A stretch of 44,993 bases of DNA from an uncultured Verrucomicrobiota bacterium (lineage in GTDB: Bacteria; Verrucomicrobiota; Verrucomicrobiia; Limisphaerales; MWDV01). The notes below the pieces were generated by a model, which was not told where the DNA came from, did not search any database, and worked only from the letters and a program-made list of their open reading frames with translations. Of the stretch, positions 42,306 to 44,993 are shown piece by piece. The position numbers and the translations under genes were made by a program. Each line of letters starts with the position of its first letter. The stretch's first letter is position 1. Location of the stretch: the NCBI GenBank assembly GCA_964371005.1, contig CAYJNU010000006.1, positions 1 to 44,993 of the forward strand. Direction: 5' to 3'.

Positions 42306-44993
42306 CTAAGTTTCGCCGTTGGCAGAATCACGCCGCTCCCAGCGACGCTGCTGGCGTTCCGGCAGGCTGGTGTCCACTTTCGCGTAATAGGTGCCTTCGC
42401 CAAACTCGGCGTTGGCGGCCTGCTGCAACGCCACAGATGGCGTCACCGCGAATTGCTCATGCGTTTCGACAAATGCCACCGCGCCCGTTGGACGCTGGAA
42501 GCAGAGGAAAAGCGGACATTTGCCTCGATGCGCTTCAACGAGACTCCGCGCCGCCTCCAGTCTCTCCGGTGTCAGGTGGGCCGTCTGAAGGCGCAGGTGA
42601 ACCTGCTTCGTGTAGCGCTTCGGGGCTTCCTCCAACGCCATGATTTCCTGCGGGAAGAGCTTGGGCTTGTCCTCGCCGGTGTTGACCTCGCCGATCACCA
42701 GGACGGCGCGGTTCAGCGTGAGCAGATCGCGATACTTGTCGTAATTCTCATTCAAGCAGAGCAACTGCACCGAGCCTTCGAGGTCTTCCAGCGTGGCAAT
42801 GAGATACGGCTTGTTCGTCTTCTTCGACACGCCCTGCTGCACGGCGGCGATGAGCCCGCCGATGCGGGTGAGCGCACGGTTCGAAAGCTCGGCCAACGTT
42901 GTCGTGTTCGCCAGCGCGTACTGCTCCAGGATGGGCGCATGCGGGGTCAGCGGGTGGCCGGTGACGTAGAACCCGAGCAACTCTTTCTCCTGAGCGAGCA
43001 ATTCGTGCTGCGGCCATTCGGGCAGGCTCAGGTTCGACTCCACCGGGGCGGCGGAATCCTCGCCCAGCATGTCGAACATCGAACTCTGTCCCCGTTGGCG
43101 ATCCGAGTGAATCCCGGCGGCGCGCGTGAGCGCACTTTCGGTCTGCGCCATCAACGTCGCGCGCGTTTGGCCAAAGCAATCGCAGGCGCCGGATTTGACA
43201 AACGCCTCGAGCATCTTGCGATTGACGGTGCGGGTGTCCACGCGCTCGCACAACTCGAACAGCGTCTGGAAAGGCCCGCCGTCCCGTCGCGCCTGGAGCA
43301 GGCTCTGAACGGCGACTTCGCCGACGCCTTTGATCGCAGCCAAACCGAAGCGGATGGCCCGCTTCTCTGTGCGAGCCTCTTCCAACTTGTCTCCATCGTT
43401 CTGAGGTGAAGCCTGAGAGCGGCTGGAAGCCTGGGCTGACCGCGGCGCTGGCGCGAAATAGACCTGGCTTTCGTTCACGTCCGGCGGCAACACCTCGATG
43501 CCCATGGTGCGCGCCTCGCCGATGTACTGGGCGAGTTTTGCGGTGTCAGATACGTCGTTGGTCATCATCGCGCAGAGGAACTCGACCGGATGATTGGCCT
43601 TCAGATAGGCCGTCTGATAGGCGCCCACGGCATAGGCAGCGGCGTGCGACTTGTTGAAGCCGTAGCCGGCGAACTTCTCGAGCAAATCGAACACCTGGTT
43701 TGCTTTGGAGGCGGAGATGTTGTTCCGCTCTTTGCAGCCCTTGACGAAGGTCTCGCGCTGCTTCTGCATCTCCTCGACCTTCTTCTTGCCCATCGCGCGC
43801 CGCAGCAGGTCGGCACTGCCAAGCGTGTAGCCTGCCAGGACCTGGGTCGCCTGCATCACCTGCTCCTGGTAAATCAGGATGCCGTAAGTCTCGCGTGCGA
43901 TGGGTTCGAGGAGCGGGTGTTCGTACTCGATCTTCACCTCGCCGTGACGGCGCTTGATGAACTCAGGAATGAGCTCCATCGGACCGGGCCGATAGAGGGC
44001 AATTAGCGCCGTGATGTGCTCCAAAGAACTGATCTGGAACTTGCGGCACAGGTCGCGCATGCCGCCGGATTCCAATTGGAACACTCCCAGCGTGTTCGCC
44101 TTCTTCAACAGGTCGTAAGTCTTCGCGTCATCAAGCGGGAGACTCTCGATGGGAATCTCGATGCCCTGGGTCTGCCGTACCATCTCGCAGGTGTTGCGAA
44201 TCACCGTTAAGGTCTTCAGCCCCAGAAAATCCATTTTCAACAACCCGAGGTCGCCGACCGGGTTCATCGGGTATTGCGTGACCAGGGCACCATCTTCGTC
44301 GGTCTTGAGCGGGAGCAAATTCACCAGTGGCTCCGGCCCGATGACCACGCCGGCCGCATGCACTGAAGAGTTGCGGGCGATGTCCTCCAAGACGAGCGCC
44401 GTGTCGATCAGTTCACGCGTCACTTCCTCCGTCTCGTACGCCTGCTTGAGGTCCGCCGATTGCTTGAGCGCCTTTTCGAGCGTCATCTTGAGGTCGAAAG
44501 GAATCATCTTCGCCAGGCGATCACACTCGCCGTAGCTCAGGCCCATCACGCGCCCCACGTCGCGGACCACACTCTTCGCACCCATCGTGCCGAAGGTGAT
44601 AATCTGGGCCACGCAGTCTTTCCCGTATTTCTGGCGGACGTATTCGATCACGTCGGCACGGCGGTCGTCGGCGAAATCAATGTCAATGTCGGGCGGGTTG
44701 ACGCGCTCAGGATTCAGGAAGCGCTCGAAGAGCAAACCGTAGCGGATCGGGTCCACGTTGGAGATGCCGAGCAGGTAGGTAACGATCGAGCCGGCGGCCG
44801 AACCACGCGCCACGCAGGCGATGCCGCGTTCGCGGCCGAACCGGACGAAATCGCCGACGATGAGAAAATAGCTGACGAAGCCGGTCTTCTCGATCACGGC
44901 GAACTCGATCTTGAGGCGGTCCATCACGACTTGGATGGCGGCGGCCACGGCGGGGTCGTTCGCCGCAGGAGAGGCTTCCAGCCTGTCTTCATG
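42306..44993 (-). CDS. dnaE: DNA polymerase III alpha subunit (5' part outside window)
   Basis: [74 protein letters not shown]; frame stays open to the window edge. Confidence 0.98.
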   Translation of the reverse strand, partial: HEDRLEASPAANDPAVAAAIQVVMDRLKIEFAVIEKTGFVSYFLIVGDFVRFGRERGIACVARGSAAGSIVTYLLGISNVDPIRYGLLFERFLNPERVNPPDIDIDFADDRRADVIEYVRQKYGKDCVAQIITFGTMGAKSVVRDVGRVMGLSYGECDRLAKMIPFDLKMTLEKALKQSADLKQAYETEEVTRELIDTALVLEDIARNSSVHAAGVVIGPEPLVNLLPLKTDEDGALVTQYPMNPVGDLGLLKMDFLGLKTLTVIRNTCEMVRQTQGIEIPIESLPLDDAKTYDLLKKANTLGVFQLESGGMRDLCRKFQISSLEHITALIALYRPGPMELIPEFIKRRHGEVKIEYEHPLLEPIARETYGILIYQEQVMQATQVLAGYTLGSADLLRRAMGKKKVEEMQKQRETFVKGCKERNNISASKANQVFDLLEKFAGYGFNKSHAAAYAVGAYQTAYLKANHPVEFLCAMMTNDVSDTAKLAQYIGEARTMGIEVLPPDVNESQVYFAPAPRSAQASSRSQASPQNDGDKLEEARTEKRAIRFGLAAIKGVGEVAVQSLLQARRDGGPFQTLFELCERVDTRTVNRKMLEAFVKSGACDCFGQTRATLMAQTESALTRAAGIHSDRQRGQSSMFDMLGEDSAAPVESNLSLPEWPQHELLAQEKELLGFYVTGHPLTPHAPILEQYALANTTTLAELSNRALTRIGGLIAAVQQGVSKKTNKPYLIATLEDLEGSVQLLCLNENYDKYRDLLTLNRAVLVIGEVNTGEDKPKLFPQEIMALEEAPKRYTKQVHLRLQTAHLTPERLEAARSLVEAHRGKCPLFLCFQRPTGAVAFVETHEQFAVTPSVALQQAANAEFGEGTYYAKVDTSLPERQQRRWERRDSANGET
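43360..43445. repeat. Degenerate REP-like doublet inserted in frame within dnaE
   Basis: Extra peptide [28 protein letters not shown] between 'VNES..F' and 'IRFGL'; arms GTCAGCCCAGGCTTCCAGCC (minus strand, 43421-43440) and CTTCCAACTTGTC (plus strand, 43379-43391) are inversely oriented. Confidence 0.5.
44965..44987. repeat. REP-like palindrome inside dnaE at the window edge
   Basis: GCAG-GAGAGGCT-TCC-AGCCTGTC hairpin; shares the 12-mer AGGCTTCCAGCC with the insert at 43421-43432 (opposite strand). Confidence 0.5.

Noticed and set aside
43360-43445. Intein in DnaE
   Set aside because: Insert is only about 30 aa and lacks N-terminal Cys/Ser and C-terminal His-Asn splice motifs
1-44993. tRNA, rRNA, integrase or intact IS element
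   Set aside because: None recognised; intergenic gaps are short and mostly explained by promoters, repeats or relics

Overview
High-GC bacterial chromosome window. Gene content and protein style suggest Verrucomicrobiota (Pedosphaerales/Limisphaerales-like); this is an inference. The left third is housekeeping: glgC 3' end, kdsA, a long LptC/LptA-type multi-OstA protein, lptB, hprK, ptsH, a lone gatC, an atypical EF-P paralogue, a GH2 hydrolase, an amidase, gltA, sucCD, a YggT-like protein and a REC-HisKA kinase. The centre (17.5-30.5 kb) is a divergent, DeoR-regulated catabolic cluster and the best candidate for an undescribed system. It pairs an unusual lipoate-dependent dehydrogenase complex (fused E1 alpha/beta with large inserts, E2 with one Lys-less lipoyl domain, E3) with a PHP phosphoesterase, a class II aldolase/SrlD-like SDR fusion, a SorE-like Zn dehydrogenase with a duplicated Rossmann domain, and an MtlD-like dehydrogenase. 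The right part holds an archaeal-type thyA, a secreted clan-A glycoside hydrolase, a MotB/OmpA-like protein, asnA, a LysR regulator, a 1160-aa secreted four-repeat protein and dnaE (cut by the window edge). Outside the real genes there are four short gene relics (IS66 transposase, DeoR C-terminus, type I R-M hsdR+hsdS, fhs), a REP-like doublet after lpdA and a phased DeoR-type operator. dnaE also carries two in-frame inserts that look REP-derived. No tRNA, rRNA or CRISPR array was recognised. All family calls come from motif recognition by eye, not database searches.
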